Positions 16,778 to 27,277 of a DNA stretch of 64,000 nucleotides are shown here, piece by piece. Below the pieces are notes generated by a model. The model did no database searches. It had not been told where the DNA came from and saw nothing but the letters and a program-made list of their open reading frames with translations. Both the position numbers and the translations under genes were made by a program. Every line of letters starts with the position of its first letter. The stretch's first letter is position 1. The stretch is from contig JBFWNL010000006.1 of assembly GCA_050251055.1 (NCBI GenBank), positions 208,528-272,527 of the forward strand, read 5' to 3'. Source of the stretch: Bacteriovoracia bacterium (GTDB lineage Bacteria; Bdellovibrionota; UBA1018; JBFWNL01).

Positions 16778-18343
16778 ATGCAAAAAAGCCGATGGGTGGG
16801 CGTCGTCGCTTCCCTCGTCATCTTAGTGCTGATCTTTGTATTTGGCGGCGTGAAGCCCGCCGAAGTTTGGGCGTCCGTGCAGCGGTTTTCCGGGTGGACG
16901 GTGGGGGGGGCGCTTGCCCTGGGATTGGCGCAGATTTTTTTTCAATGCATGCGCGTGCATTTTCTCATCGCGCCTTCGCTGAAGCTCCGTTGGTATCAGA
17001 CGATCCGTGTTTTCAATATCGGGCAAGTACTCAATAACTTTTTGCCCGCCAAGGTGGGCGACGCTTACAAAGTCGTGAGCCTGGGCAAGCTCTCGCGCGA
17101 ACCTCACGCGGTGGCGCGCGCGGTGGGCGGCATTTTCGTCGCCGACAAGATCGCGGACATCTTGGCGCTGCTCGTGCTCGTGGGTGGTTTCGCGCCCATG
17201 GCGCTGGCGGAGCTGATGGGCGGGGGAAAAGGCCAGGTCTTGGGTTGGGTGGGCGGCGGAATCGCGGCGCTGGCTTTGTTGGCTTGGGTTTTTCGCGCCC
17301 GCATTCGCGGTTGGATACCGCCGAAGAGCGCTTCGGCCGTGCGCGATGCGCTCGCCACGGTGACGTGGAGGACGGCAGTCACCGCGCAGACGTTCGCGTT
17401 CCTGAGCTGGCTGGCCGAATGCGCGATCATTATATTGCTTTGTTCGGCGCAAGGGTTTCCGCTGAGCTTTAGCCAAGGGATTTTGGTCCTGCTCGCGCTG
17501 AATGTAGGAATCGCGGTGCCGGTGTCGGTGGCGAACGTGGGCACCTTTGAAGCCTCCATGGTTTTTGGGCTCAGTCGTCTGGGGATTCCGGCCGAAGCGG
17601 GCATGGCGATTGCCACCGTTCATCATGGCGTTCAGCTCTCGGCTTTGTTACTGATGGCGGCACCATTCGCGTTCAGAAAGGATTTGGGAATGACGACGGC
17701 GGAGACCTCCGGATTTCGCGTGGGCGAAAATGATAAAAAGCGCGCGGCCGAGTATTACGAATCGCTCTCGGGCGATTACAATGGCGCCGTGGAACGGGGC
17801 CTGCTCGCTAAGTTTCGCGCCCGCGAACGCGGCATGGTTTTGGGGTACGCCGATCTGTACGGAAAATACGACGCCATTAAGAAGAAAACCATGATTGACG
17901 TCGGTTGCGGCGGCGGGGTCTACGCGCTCGAAGCCAAGCGGGCGGGCATGCGGGTCTGCGCCACGGATTTTGCGCCAGGCATGGTCGAGCGCATCCGTCC
18001 GCGGGTGGACGAAGCCTACGTCAGCGATATTGAATCATTGCCGGTCACGAAACAATACGACGTGGTGGTTTGCGCGGGCGTGCTGGATTTCGTGCTCGAC
18101 CCCACGAAGGCGTTCGGGAATTTGTGCCAGCTCGTGGCCCCGGGCGGGCGCTTGGTGGTGATGGTGCCGCATCACAGCTTGGGTGGACTGATTTATCGGG
18201 TTGAAAAATTCTTCGCCAAGATGAAAGTGAATCTCTATTCCGTAAAATGGATGCGTGAGCAGGCGCGCCATCACGGATTGGAGCTTGTTTCTTATGCGCA
18301 CCCGCTGCCGACAAACGTGGCGGTGCTTTTCACGCGGTCTTAA
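16778..18343 (+). CDS. Lysylphosphatidylglycerol-synthase TM (flippase-like) domain fused to class I SAM methyltransferase
   Basis: N-half has GQVLNNFLPAKVGD and PVSVANVGTFE with ~8 TM helices. C-half has IDVGCGGG, YDVVVCAGVLDF and LVAPGGRL. Confidence 0.8.
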   Translation: MQKSRWVGVVASLVILVLIFVFGGVKPAEVWASVQRFSGWTVGGALALGLAQIFFQCMRVHFLIAPSLKLRWYQTIRVFNIGQVLNNFLPAKVGDAYKVVSLGKLSREPHAVARAVGGIFVADKIADILALLVLVGGFAPMALAELMGGGKGQVLGWVGGGIAALALLAWVFRARIRGWIPPKSASAVRDALATVTWRTAVTAQTFAFLSWLAECAIIILLCSAQGFPLSFSQGILVLLALNVGIAVPVSVANVGTFEASMVFGLSRLGIPAEAGMAIATVHHGVQLSALLLMAAPFAFRKDLGMTTAETSGFRVGENDKKRAAEYYESLSGDYNGAVERGLLAKFRARERGMVLGYADLYGKYDAIKKKTMIDVGCGGGVYALEAKRAGMRVCATDFAPGMVERIRPRVDEAYVSDIESLPVTKQYDVVVCAGVLDFVLDPTKAFGNLCQLVAPGGRLVVMVPHHSLGGLIYRVEKFFAKMKVNLYSVKWMREQARHHGLELVSYAHPLPTNVAVLFTRS

Positions 18344-19461
18344 GCCAATTCCTTGATTACTTGATCGGAGAGCGCAAACCCTCGGGCGGTAAGGCGCAGG
18401 TGCGTGGCCTCACGCGGTTCCAGCAACCCTCGGGCCTCGAGCGCCGCGGCCTTGCGCCGACGGGTATCCGTATCCAGCCAATCGCGGGGAAATCCTTGGT
18501 CGAGCCGCAGGGCGAGCATCCACTTTTCGAGCTCGCGCTGCGCGGGGCTGAGGATTTCCTCCCATTCTTGCGCGGATTTTCCCGCGAGCACGAGCTCCGC
18601 GTACTTGTGCAGCGAAGATACGTTCTTGAAGCGACGCTGCGCCTGTGCGTCGAATGAATGCGCGGACGGTCCGAAGCCCAGGTAGCTACGGCCCGTCCAG
18701 TAATTCAAGTTGTGGCGGGCGCGGTACCCGGGACGCGCGAAGTTGGAGATTTCGTAGTGCTCGAATCCGTGCGCGGTCATCCACTCGTGTACGAATAGCA
18801 GGTTTTTCAGCTGCGTGTCTTCGTCGGGAAGCTGGCCGTACATCTTATGGTGCGGCGGTAGGGTCAGCAGGTAACAGCTCAGGTGTTTGATTGGGAAAGA
18901 GCTCAGGGTGGTTAGTGCTTCTTCCAGGTCCGCGAGCGTTTGCCCGGGCACGCCGCATAGCAGATCGCACGAGACATTCTCTAGCCCCGCCTCGAAAGTC
19001 GCGTTCAGCGCGGCCAAGGCTTTCTCGCGTGAGTGTACTCGGCCCAGCATGAGCAGCGTCTCGTCGCGCAGCGACTGTACGCCAAAGCTCACGCGGTTCA
19101 CCCCGAGTTTTCGGTATTCGCGCAGGGCCGCGGTGGAAACCGAGCTCGGGTTGGCTTCCATCGTCCATTCGGTTTCGGGAGTGAGGCGCGTATGGCGCCA
19201 AAGGTGCTCCAGCGCGTGCAGCATGGAGGCGGGTGGGGTCATGCTCGGGGTGCCGCCGCCCAGGAAGACGGTGTCGAGCTCCGGCGCGAGCGCGGAGGCG
19301 TGCATTTCGATCTCGCGCGTGAGCGCCCGCTCAAAGAGCGCGGGATCGTCGGCCTTCGTGCGGCTCGCCCCCAGCGAATAGAAGTCGCAGTAATGGCACT
19401 TGGTCTCGCAGAACGGAAAATGCAGGTAGATGGAGCGGATGCCCACTTCGCGGTCATTCAC
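18340..19461 (-). CDS. hemW: Radical SAM heme chaperone HemW (HemN-like)
   Basis: YLHFPFCETKCHYCDF, GGGTPS, EANP, YEISNFA, HNLNYW. Confidence 0.9.
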   Translation of the reverse strand: MNDREVGIRSIYLHFPFCETKCHYCDFYSLGASRTKADDPALFERALTREIEMHASALAPELDTVFLGGGTPSMTPPASMLHALEHLWRHTRLTPETEWTMEANPSSVSTAALREYRKLGVNRVSFGVQSLRDETLLMLGRVHSREKALAALNATFEAGLENVSCDLLCGVPGQTLADLEEALTTLSSFPIKHLSCYLLTLPPHHKMYGQLPDEDTQLKNLLFVHEWMTAHGFEHYEISNFARPGYRARHNLNYWTGRSYLGFGPSAHSFDAQAQRRFKNVSSLHKYAELVLAGKSAQEWEEILSPAQRELEKWMLALRLDQGFPRDWLDTDTRRRKAAALEARGLLEPREATHLRLTARGFALSDQVIKELA

Positions 19462-19477
19462 GGTGCAGCGGGTTTAC

Positions 19478-19873
19478 TTAATCCCGCTCGAGATGTCCAA
19501 CGGGGCTGAAGTCCATCAGGACCTGGAAGCCTTCGAGCAGGCTTTTGTAGGTCGCGTGCGATTCGTTGCCCATACGGCCGATCTTGAGGCCAAAGACGTT
19601 GTTTTTTGCCCAAACCACGTCGGCCTGGAGCGTAACGGCTTCTAACCCGCGCTGGGATTCGCCCAGCTGGACGGCCAAGACGACCTGGTCGCCGGCTTCG
19701 ATGGGGGTGGAGCTGGCTAGCCGGATGGCTAATCCGCTCTCGCTGAGGTTGAGGGTGCTGCCCCAGAACCGCTCGGAGCTGAGTAACATCCCGGGCTGGC
19801 TCATGATTCCGTCCTTGTGCCGTGCCGCGAGGTAGACGGGGTATTTTAATTCGTAGCGTCGTGCTGGAATCAT
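19478..19873 (-). CDS. PilZ domain protein
   Basis: NLSESGL (D/NxSxxG), ADVVW...FGLKI; the RxxxR motif is degenerate. Confidence 0.7.
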   Translation of the reverse strand: MIPARRYELKYPVYLAARHKDGIMSQPGMLLSSERFWGSTLNLSESGLAIRLASSTPIEAGDQVVLAVQLGESQRGLEAVTLQADVVWAKNNVFGLKIGRMGNESHATYKSLLEGFQVLMDFSPVGHLERD

Positions 19874-19984
19874 AGATAAATAGTATAAATTAACAATTTT
19901 AAAATATCAACATAATTTTAAAAATGCCACCAATTTCAAGGAATTGCTTGTACCTGAAAATCTGTGGCATCATCGGGGGCACGC

Positions 19985-22645
19985 ATGAAAGATCAAGCAA
20001 GTCATCCCGAAGTTCACCGTTTATCCAACGGGATTCCCGTCTATTTTCAACACGTCGATGGTCTCGTCGCCGCGACCTATTGGTGGAATTCCACCGGCAG
20101 CGCCGATGAAAACCCAAAAGAAGCGGGGTTCGCCCACTTCCTCGAGCACATGCTTTTCAAGGACGCGACCTCGAAGGAAACCGGCAAGCCATCTGAGGGT
20201 AAGATGGCGCGAGCGATCGAATCCCTGGGCGGCGATATCAACGCTTACACTTCCTTCGATCAAACCGTCTATCATGTGACCTGTGCCGAACAGCACTGGG
20301 AGAAGGTGCTCGACGCGTTCGGCGCGATGGCCAAACCCCAGAAATTCCTGAAAGACGACTTCGTGCGCGAGCGCGAAGTGATCTTGGAGGAGTTACGCAA
20401 AAACGAAGATTCGCCGGGCCGCATGATGTTTCAGAACCTCTTCGGCGCGAGCTTCGCCAAGCATCCGTACGGCCGCCCCGTGATCGGTTTCGTGAAGACG
20501 TTGAAGGCCGCGACCGTGAAGGACCTCGAAGCGTTTTATCGGCGCCGCTATGTTTCCGGAAACATGGGCGTGATCTTGGTGGGGCCGATCGGCGAGGCCG
20601 GGAGCAAGCGCCGCAAGCAGCTCCTTCAGCTCTGCGAGAAACGCTTCGGCGCGCGCGCCATTCCGAAACGACCGCCGTTGACGACCAGGCGCGTGGTGGA
20701 AGCTGCGTTTCGCGCCAAAGAAGATTTCCGCGTGGTGCCGTTCGACGTGAAGACGCCCACGCTCGTGGTTTCATTTCGGTGCCCCGATCTCAATCACGCC
20801 GATACGCCCGTGCTCGATATTATCTCTAGCGTGCTCGGCAGCGGCGAGCTTTCGCGCCTGTACCAATCTCTTTTCTATAAGAAGCAGCTTGTAACCGAAG
20901 CGTCCGCCGGCCTTTACGTTCCGCGTGACCCCGGCATGCTCTACTTCCAGATGGATTTCGAGGATCTCACGAAGCTGGACGGGGCGGTGGAAGCGTTTTG
21001 CGAAGAGCTCAAGCAGTTTCAGGCCGAAGGTCCGACCCTGAGCGAGCTCAACCGCGTGGTCACCAATATGGAAAGCGAGCGCGTGTACTCCACGCAGACA
21101 GTGGATGGCCTCGCGGGACGCATCGGTTTTCTCGCGTTCGGCATCAACGACATGGAGTTCGATCGCAAGTACATCGACGCCTTGAAGGACGCGAGCGTGG
21201 ACCGCATTCGGGAGGTCGCGACCAAGTATCTCGACCACCGCCGCATGGGCGTGGTGCTCATGGTGCCGAAAGATCAGGCCAAGTACGACCTGTCCAGCCT
21301 GCGCGATAAGTTCCGGAAGGCGTTTGCCCCGGCCGAGAGTGAAAAAGCTCCGGCCAAGAAGATCGCGAAGCTTCCGGCCACCACTACGCCGCTCGAAGAG
21401 ATGACCCTTTCCTCCGGCGTGAAGGTGCTCTACCACCCGCGGATGCATTCGCAGGTTTTCAGCCTGCACGCCTCCGCGTTGGGGGGGACCCGGTTGGAGC
21501 TTTCGGTGCCGGTGGAGAGCGCGGCCAGTGACTGGGGCCTGAGCCACCTTTTCTCGATGACCTGGACCAAGGGGACGGCGAAGAAGAAAGCCACCGAGGT
21601 GATGGAGATCGTCGAAGGCAGCGCCGCCAGCATGGACGGGTTTTCGGGCCGCAACAGCATTGGCCTGGAGATGACCGGGCTTTCGCGCGACTGGGAGAAG
21701 CTCTCGCAGCTGTTTGGAGAAGCGCTTTTCGAGCCCGCGCTCCCCGAGGACGAGCTGGCGCACTCGCGTCGCCTAACCCTGGATTCGATCAAGGGCATGG
21801 AAGACCATACGGCCCAGCTCTGCTCGAAGCTTTTTTTGGAAACGCTCTTCGAGCGCCATCCTTACGGCAAGAATTCCCTCGGGACGGAGCGCAGCGTAAG
21901 CGGCATCCACGCCGATAAGCTGAAAGCTTATCATGGCCGTTGGTTGCGGCCCGACAGCCTGGTGCTCAGCGTTTCCGGCACGATCAAGCGTAGTGATCTG
22001 GATCAGATGCTCGTGAATCTGAACGAGCGTGCCGAGGCGTTTAAGCAGAAGCTCTCGAATTCGGCGATCGCGACCGTGGCCGACGAGCTGGATCTCAAGG
22101 CCCCCCGCTGGGTGGAGCGTAACTTGGGGCGCGAGCAGATTCACATTATCGTCGGCGGGTTGGGTTTGCGTCTCACGGACGAGGACCGGTTCGCCCTGCG
22201 CTTGCTCCAAACTTTGCTGGGCGGCCAGAGCGGTCGGCTTTTCATCGAGCTACGCGAAAAGAAGAGCCTCGCTTACACGGTAGCGCCCATGTCTTTTGAA
22301 GGAATGGAAAAAGGTTACGTGGGTACCTACATCGCGTGTTCCCCCAGCAAGAAGCAAGAGGCCATCGACGGGATCAGGACCGTGCTCGAAAAATTCGCCA
22401 AGCAAGGTCCTACCGCGGCGGAAGTCGCGCGGGCGAAGGAGTTTTATCTCGGGCGTCGCGCGATGGATCTACAGAGCGATGCTTCACTCGCCGCGCACTT
22501 CGGACTGCAAAAGCTGTATGGCATCGGCCCCACGCCGGAAGCCGAGATCGCCCGCCGCATCCAGAGCGTGACGGGCAAGCAGATCCAGGAAGTCTGTCGC
22601 AAGTATTTCGTCGAGCCGCATATGGTGACCGCGGTGGTGGGTTAG
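19985..22645 (+). CDS. M16 (pitrilysin/insulinase) family zinc peptidase
   Basis: GFAHFLEHMLFK (HxxEH), NAYTSFDQT, LREKKSLAY; two-lobed, ~890 aa. Confidence 0.93.
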   Translation: MKDQASHPEVHRLSNGIPVYFQHVDGLVAATYWWNSTGSADENPKEAGFAHFLEHMLFKDATSKETGKPSEGKMARAIESLGGDINAYTSFDQTVYHVTCAEQHWEKVLDAFGAMAKPQKFLKDDFVREREVILEELRKNEDSPGRMMFQNLFGASFAKHPYGRPVIGFVKTLKAATVKDLEAFYRRRYVSGNMGVILVGPIGEAGSKRRKQLLQLCEKRFGARAIPKRPPLTTRRVVEAAFRAKEDFRVVPFDVKTPTLVVSFRCPDLNHADTPVLDIISSVLGSGELSRLYQSLFYKKQLVTEASAGLYVPRDPGMLYFQMDFEDLTKLDGAVEAFCEELKQFQAEGPTLSELNRVVTNMESERVYSTQTVDGLAGRIGFLAFGINDMEFDRKYIDALKDASVDRIREVATKYLDHRRMGVVLMVPKDQAKYDLSSLRDKFRKAFAPAESEKAPAKKIAKLPATTTPLEEMTLSSGVKVLYHPRMHSQVFSLHASALGGTRLELSVPVESAASDWGLSHLFSMTWTKGTAKKKATEVMEIVEGSAASMDGFSGRNSIGLEMTGLSRDWEKLSQLFGEALFEPALPEDELAHSRRLTLDSIKGMEDHTAQLCSKLFLETLFERHPYGKNSLGTERSVSGIHADKLKAYHGRWLRPDSLVLSVSGTIKRSDLDQMLVNLNERAEAFKQKLSNSAIATVADELDLKAPRWVERNLGREQIHIIVGGLGLRLTDEDRFALRLLQTLLGGQSGRLFIELREKKSLAYTVAPMSFEGMEKGYVGTYIACSPSKKQEAIDGIRTVLEKFAKQGPTAAEVARAKEFYLGRRAMDLQSDASLAAHFGLQKLYGIGPTPEAEIARRIQSVTGKQIQEVCRKYFVEPHMVTAVVG

Positions 22646-22652
22646 ACTGCCG

Positions 22653-23888
22653 ATGGCGCCCGCGATGGATCACGCGCAGTGGAGCGCGGCCCTGGGCTCC
22701 GAGCCGCTGCCCTGCATGGCGGTCGATCTCGACGCCTTCGATCGCAACGTCGCGGCGGTCGCGAAGTTCCTTCAGCCCCATGACGCCGGCCCGGATCCCA
22801 TCGCGGCCATGCCGGTCAAAACCATCCGGGTGGCGACCAAGTCCCTGCGGGTTCCGGAACTCATCAAGCGTGTGCTGCGCCACGGATCCCCGTATTGGGG
22901 ATTGATGTGCTATTCGACGGCGGAAGCGGCGTTTCTCGCGCAGCAAGAGCTCGACGATTTCCTTATCGCTTATCCGACCGTTCAGGCGTCCGACCTGGAA
23001 GTCCTCAAACGCTTGCATTTCGGCGGGAAGCTCGTGCGCATTGTCGTCGATTGTATCGAACATCTGCGCGTGATCGACCAGGCGATGTCGGGTTGTCCCC
23101 ATCCGTTTCCGGTCGTGATCGAAGTGGATGCGGCCTTGCCGGTGTTTGACCGGCGCCTGGGCGTGCGGCGCAGTCCCGTGCGGACGACGACGGATTTGGT
23201 CGCGCTCATTCGCGCGGCCAAGGTCTTCTCGAACGTCCAGGTGGATGGGTTGATGGTGTACGAGGCGCAGGTGGCGGGGTTGCCCGATCGCAACCCGTTC
23301 CGTCCTTGGCTGAATCCAATTCATGAGCTCGTGCGGCGCTTTTCCATGCGACGGCTCTGGAAGTTCCGCCAGGAGCTGAGCTCGGCGTTCGTCGCCGAAG
23401 GACTCGCGCTAGAGATTTTCAACGGCGGCGGGACGGGCAGCCTGAACTACGCGGCCCAGGAACCGTGGCTGACCGAGCTTACCGCGGGCAGCGCGTTTTT
23501 CAGTCCGCACCTATTTGATTACTATTCGAACGTCCGCTTCGAGCCCGCCGCTTGCTTTGCCCTGCAGGCTTCGCGCATCTCCGATCCGGGCTATGTCACC
23601 TGCTTGGGTGGCGGGTACGTCGCTTCGGGGTCTCCGGGTTGGGACCGCGTGCCCAAGCCGTACATCCCGGCGGGCGCGAAGCTTTTGGGCGACGAAGGCG
23701 GCGGCGAGGTGCAGACCCCCGTGAAGTTACCGCCGCTCGCGCCCGTGAAGCTCGGCGACTTCGTGTTGTTTCGCCACGCGAAGGCGGGTGAGCTGGCCGA
23801 GCGTTTCAATGAGTGCCTACTCGTACAAGGTGGAAAAATCGTTGAAAGAGTAAGGACTTACCGCGGTCATGGGGAGTGCTATTTCTAG
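22653..23888 (+). CDS. PLP-dependent amino acid deaminase/aldolase (alanine racemase fold)
   Basis: IRVATKSLR, GVRRSP, YEAQVAG, NGGGTGS, GEVQTP, FRHAKAGELAERF. Confidence 0.85.
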   Translation: MAPAMDHAQWSAALGSEPLPCMAVDLDAFDRNVAAVAKFLQPHDAGPDPIAAMPVKTIRVATKSLRVPELIKRVLRHGSPYWGLMCYSTAEAAFLAQQELDDFLIAYPTVQASDLEVLKRLHFGGKLVRIVVDCIEHLRVIDQAMSGCPHPFPVVIEVDAALPVFDRRLGVRRSPVRTTTDLVALIRAAKVFSNVQVDGLMVYEAQVAGLPDRNPFRPWLNPIHELVRRFSMRRLWKFRQELSSAFVAEGLALEIFNGGGTGSLNYAAQEPWLTELTAGSAFFSPHLFDYYSNVRFEPAACFALQASRISDPGYVTCLGGGYVASGSPGWDRVPKPYIPAGAKLLGDEGGGEVQTPVKLPPLAPVKLGDFVLFRHAKAGELAERFNECLLVQGGKIVERVRTYRGHGECYF

Positions 23889-23903
23889 ACCTTAGGCCGT
23901 AAA

Positions 23904-23919
23904 CGGCATTTGCTTTGCG
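23904..23919 (+). promoter_or_regulatory. Possible sigma54 promoter
   Basis: CGGC-ATTTGCT-TTGCG with -24/-12 spacing. Confidence 0.4.
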
Positions 23920-23930
23920 TCATCCAAGAT

Positions 23931-23949
23931 GATAACGGTTCTCATTATT
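23931..23949. promoter_or_regulatory. Fur box
   Basis: GATAACGGTTCTCATTATT matches GATAATGATAATCATTATC at 14/19 positions, directly upstream of an iron-uptake operon. Confidence 0.8.
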
Positions 23950-23970
23950 TAAATGTATGGGTACCGTGGC

Positions 23971-25110
23971 ATGAAACCTTCCGCTGAACCACCTGTTCGC
24001 CGTTTTTCTCGTTGGCTCCATCGCTGGTTCGGCCTGACGGTGGGAGTCGTCTTCGTGCTGCTCGGTTTGAGCGGAAGTTATCTCGCGTATCGCGATGTTT
24101 GGGGACCCGCTTTCGATGACCAGCCTTCCGCGCGCTCGGGCGAGTTAGCGCGCGAGTTCTCGCTGGCCGAGTGGGTGAAGACCGCCCGTGCCGAGAGCGG
24201 CCTAGCTTCCGATCCGCTCTCCGTGCGCCTGCCCGAACAACCGGGTCGCGCGCTTGAAGTGACATTCAACCGAAATCCGGGAGCGGGCGGACCCGGCGGA
24301 CCGGGAGGAAATGACCCTTGGGCCGTGTATCTGGATCCGGCGACGGGCGCGTATTTGGGAGCCACGGCGCCTCGCGAGACGTTTACCGGAGTCCTCTACG
24401 CCTTTCACCACGACTTATTTTTGGGTTCCACCGGGAAGACGGCGCTCGCCGGGATCGGTTGGACGCTGATGGTTCTGCTTGCCGTCGGGTTGCTCCTAGC
24501 TTGGCCGCGCACCGGCGGGTGGCGTGGCCTCCTGCAAAAGCCTAGCTTCAGCAATACATCGATTTTTCACACCCGGTTTGGCATTTATTCGCTGGGGTTG
24601 TTGGCGATCGTCACGGGCTCTGGCGCGTTTATCGCGCGCTCGGATTGGTTCCTGGGACCGCGTCCCGTCCCGCCTTCCGTGCGTTCGGGAAGTAAAGACA
24701 CGGGCGGGATGGACTTCGCGCGCTTTGATGCGGCTTTAGCCCGCGAAGCGATACCCGTTCAAGGCGCGTGGATACGTCGGGATCGGCGCACGGGCGCTTG
24801 GACCGTGAGCACGGGGCAAGGGGAAGGGGATTCCTTGCGGCGCTATCGCTACGATCCAGGAACGGGAGCGCTCGCCCAGGAGGTTCCGACCGCGCCCAGG
24901 GGTGGCCGCGCCGTCGGGGTGTTTCTCCACGATCTTCATGAAGGAAAGGTGGGCGGCCCCCTCGGCCGCGCATTGATTTTTTTGTCCGGCTGGCTGCCTT
25001 TGGCTTTTTACGGAACGGGGGTGCTCATCTGGTGGCGCCGACGTGCCGGCCAGGGCCGCCGCGCGGCTACGTTGGGTATGAAGTCTCGTCTTCAAGAAAG
25101 TAGGCCATAA
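23971..25110 (+). CDS. PepSY-associated TM helix protein (iron-regulated, PiuB-like)
   Basis: LHRWFGL..LSGS, VYLDPATGAYLG, FHHDL, LHEG, TGVLIWWRR. Confidence 0.88.
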   Translation: MKPSAEPPVRRFSRWLHRWFGLTVGVVFVLLGLSGSYLAYRDVWGPAFDDQPSARSGELAREFSLAEWVKTARAESGLASDPLSVRLPEQPGRALEVTFNRNPGAGGPGGPGGNDPWAVYLDPATGAYLGATAPRETFTGVLYAFHHDLFLGSTGKTALAGIGWTLMVLLAVGLLLAWPRTGGWRGLLQKPSFSNTSIFHTRFGIYSLGLLAIVTGSGAFIARSDWFLGPRPVPPSVRSGSKDTGGMDFARFDAALAREAIPVQGAWIRRDRRTGAWTVSTGQGEGDSLRRYRYDPGTGALAQEVPTAPRGGRAVGVFLHDLHEGKVGGPLGRALIFLSGWLPLAFYGTGVLIWWRRRAGQGRRAATLGMKSRLQESRP

Positions 25111-25111
25111 A

Positions 25112-27277
25112 GTGCGTCCTCGTATGCGGTATTCACGTTTGCTCGTTTACATCATTGGCGTCGTTTTCTTTTCGCGCGCGCAAGTCGGACGCGCCGAAGA
25201 AGTCCCCGCTCCGGCGGCGCCCGCTTTGCCCGAGGTCGTGGTTCGGGGGCAAGAAGATCCGGACAGCAAGAAGGCCGCGAGCTATCGGCCGGAAACCCCG
25301 GCTGTATCCAAGGTGGGCGAAAAGCTTTTGGAAACCCCGCAGACCGTCACGGTGGTTCCGAAGCAGGTGCTCGACGACCAAGGTGCTACGACCTTGCGCG
25401 AGTCGTTGCGCAACGTCACCGGAATCAGCTTGGCGGCGGGTGAAGGCGGCAACCAGGGCGATAACCTCACGATCCGGGGCTTCACCGCGCGGTCCGACCT
25501 GTTCCTCGATGGCATGCGGGATTTTGGCAACTATTATCGTGATTCCTTCAACTACCAGCAGGTTGAAGCGATCAAGGGCCCGGCGTCGCTCGCCTTCGGC
25601 CGCGGCTCCACCGGCGGCGTCATCAACCAGCAGAGCAAGGTCCCTCACTTGACCACCGCGGTGGACGGCTCGCTGGCCGTCGGAACGAATTCCACGCGTC
25701 GCGCGACCGTCGACGTGAATCAACCCCTTCCTTCCGTCGACGAGCACGCGGCCCTGCGTCTCAACCTGGTCGCCCACGAGAGCAATGTGACCGGCCGGGC
25801 CGTCGTCGAGAATCACCGCCTCGGGCTCGCGCCCTCTTTGGCCTTCGGGCTGGGTACCTCCACGCGCACGACGGTGAGCTATTTCCATCTCGCCGGCAAC
25901 GACGTGCCGGACTACGGCATTCCCTTCCTGCTGGGGGAGCCCGCGCCGGTGAGTCGCGATAACTATTACGGTTTCAAGAACTCCAACTACCTGAAGACCG
26001 GGGTTGATGTATTTACCTTCCGGGTGGAGCGGGATTTTAACTCCCAGCTCACTCTGCGTGAACAGCTCCGTTACGGCCACTACGATCGCGACATTCAAGT
26101 GACCGAGGCGCGCGTGGCCGCCAGCGTGACGGCCGCGACCCCTCTCGACAGCATCAGCGTGACCCGCAATCAGATCGTCGCCAGCGGCACGGAGACCACG
26201 CTGGATAACGACTTGAGCCTCACGGCGAAGTTCGATACCGGTGGCATCGGGCATCGGCTGACCTGGGGCTTCGAGGCGATCCGTGAGACTTCCAACCCTC
26301 GGCGCTTTGCCTTCACGGGCGTGCCGGGAACGAACCTGCTCACCCCGAATATGGCCCAGGCGTTTGCCGGCACCTCGGCTTTGAGCTCGCAAGTGGAAGC
26401 AAGCGTTACCACGTTCGCGCCGTACCTCTTGGATACCGTCGCCTTGGGCGAGCATTTCGATCTGATCCTGGGTGTGCGTTACGACTGGGCGGAGTCGAAG
26501 TACCAGCAGTTTATCGGCACCCTGGCCGATCTGCGCCGGGTGGATCGCATGGCGAGCTGGCGCGGGGGGCTCGTGTACAAACCCGTCACCGAAGGCAGCA
26601 TCTATTTCAGTTACGGGACTTCATTTAACCCTTCTGCTGAGCAGCTTTCGCTGAGTTCGTCGACGGCTAACCTCGATCCCGAGCAGAGCCGGGTTTTCGA
26701 GCTGGGAACGAAGTGGGATCTGTTGGAAAAACGCCTAGGCGTGCAGGTGGCGGGCTTCCTGGATGAAAAGGTCAACGCGCGCACTCCGGACCCAAACAAC
26801 TCGGCGTTGAACGTGCTCTCGGGCAAGCATCGCGTGACGGGCGCCGAGTTTGGCGTCACCGGCAGCGTTTCCAACCGTTGGCAGCTCTTTACCGGCTACA
26901 CGTATCTGAGCGGCGAAGTGGTGGCGAGCAACCGGGCGGGCGAGACGGGCCGTCCGTTGGCGAATACGCCCAAGCACACCGGCACGCTGTGGGCGACCTA
27001 CCAGGCGACGTCGCGCTGGCAACTCGGCGGCGGCTTCAAGGGCGTTTCCCCGCGTCGCGCGAGCACGACTCCCAGCTCGATCAGCGGTTTGATGGACGAG
27101 GTTCCCGGTTATTGGACGTTTGATTTGCTGGCGAAGGTGCAGCTGAGCTCCGAGATCGACCTGCAACTCAACGTCTACAACCTGACGAACGCGTATTTCA
27201 TCGAAGGGATTCATCCCGGTCACGTCGTGCCGGGGGAAGGGCGCAGCGGCTTGCTGACGGCGCATTTCAAGTTATGA
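25112..27277 (+). CDS. TonB-dependent siderophore receptor (Fiu/PiuA-like)
   Basis: TonB box [51 protein letters not shown]; ends in a beta-strand. Confidence 0.93.
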   Translation: MRPRMRYSRLLVYIIGVVFFSRAQVGRAEEVPAPAAPALPEVVVRGQEDPDSKKAASYRPETPAVSKVGEKLLETPQTVTVVPKQVLDDQGATTLRESLRNVTGISLAAGEGGNQGDNLTIRGFTARSDLFLDGMRDFGNYYRDSFNYQQVEAIKGPASLAFGRGSTGGVINQQSKVPHLTTAVDGSLAVGTNSTRRATVDVNQPLPSVDEHAALRLNLVAHESNVTGRAVVENHRLGLAPSLAFGLGTSTRTTVSYFHLAGNDVPDYGIPFLLGEPAPVSRDNYYGFKNSNYLKTGVDVFTFRVERDFNSQLTLREQLRYGHYDRDIQVTEARVAASVTAATPLDSISVTRNQIVASGTETTLDNDLSLTAKFDTGGIGHRLTWGFEAIRETSNPRRFAFTGVPGTNLLTPNMAQAFAGTSALSSQVEASVTTFAPYLLDTVALGEHFDLILGVRYDWAESKYQQFIGTLADLRRVDRMASWRGGLVYKPVTEGSIYFSYGTSFNPSAEQLSLSSSTANLDPEQSRVFELGTKWDLLEKRLGVQVAGFLDEKVNARTPDPNNSALNVLSGKHRVTGAEFGVTGSVSNRWQLFTGYTYLSGEVVASNRAGETGRPLANTPKHTGTLWATYQATSRWQLGGGFKGVSPRRASTTPSSISGLMDEVPGYWTFDLLAKVQLSSEIDLQLNVYNLTNAYFIEGIHPGHVVPGEGRSGLLTAHFKL

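Noticed and set aside
25133-26455. 440-aa antisense ORF, and similar ones at 37896-39026, 47687-48901 and 49630-50868
   Set aside because: Each overlaps well-supported genes on the opposite strand and has no recognisable motifs.
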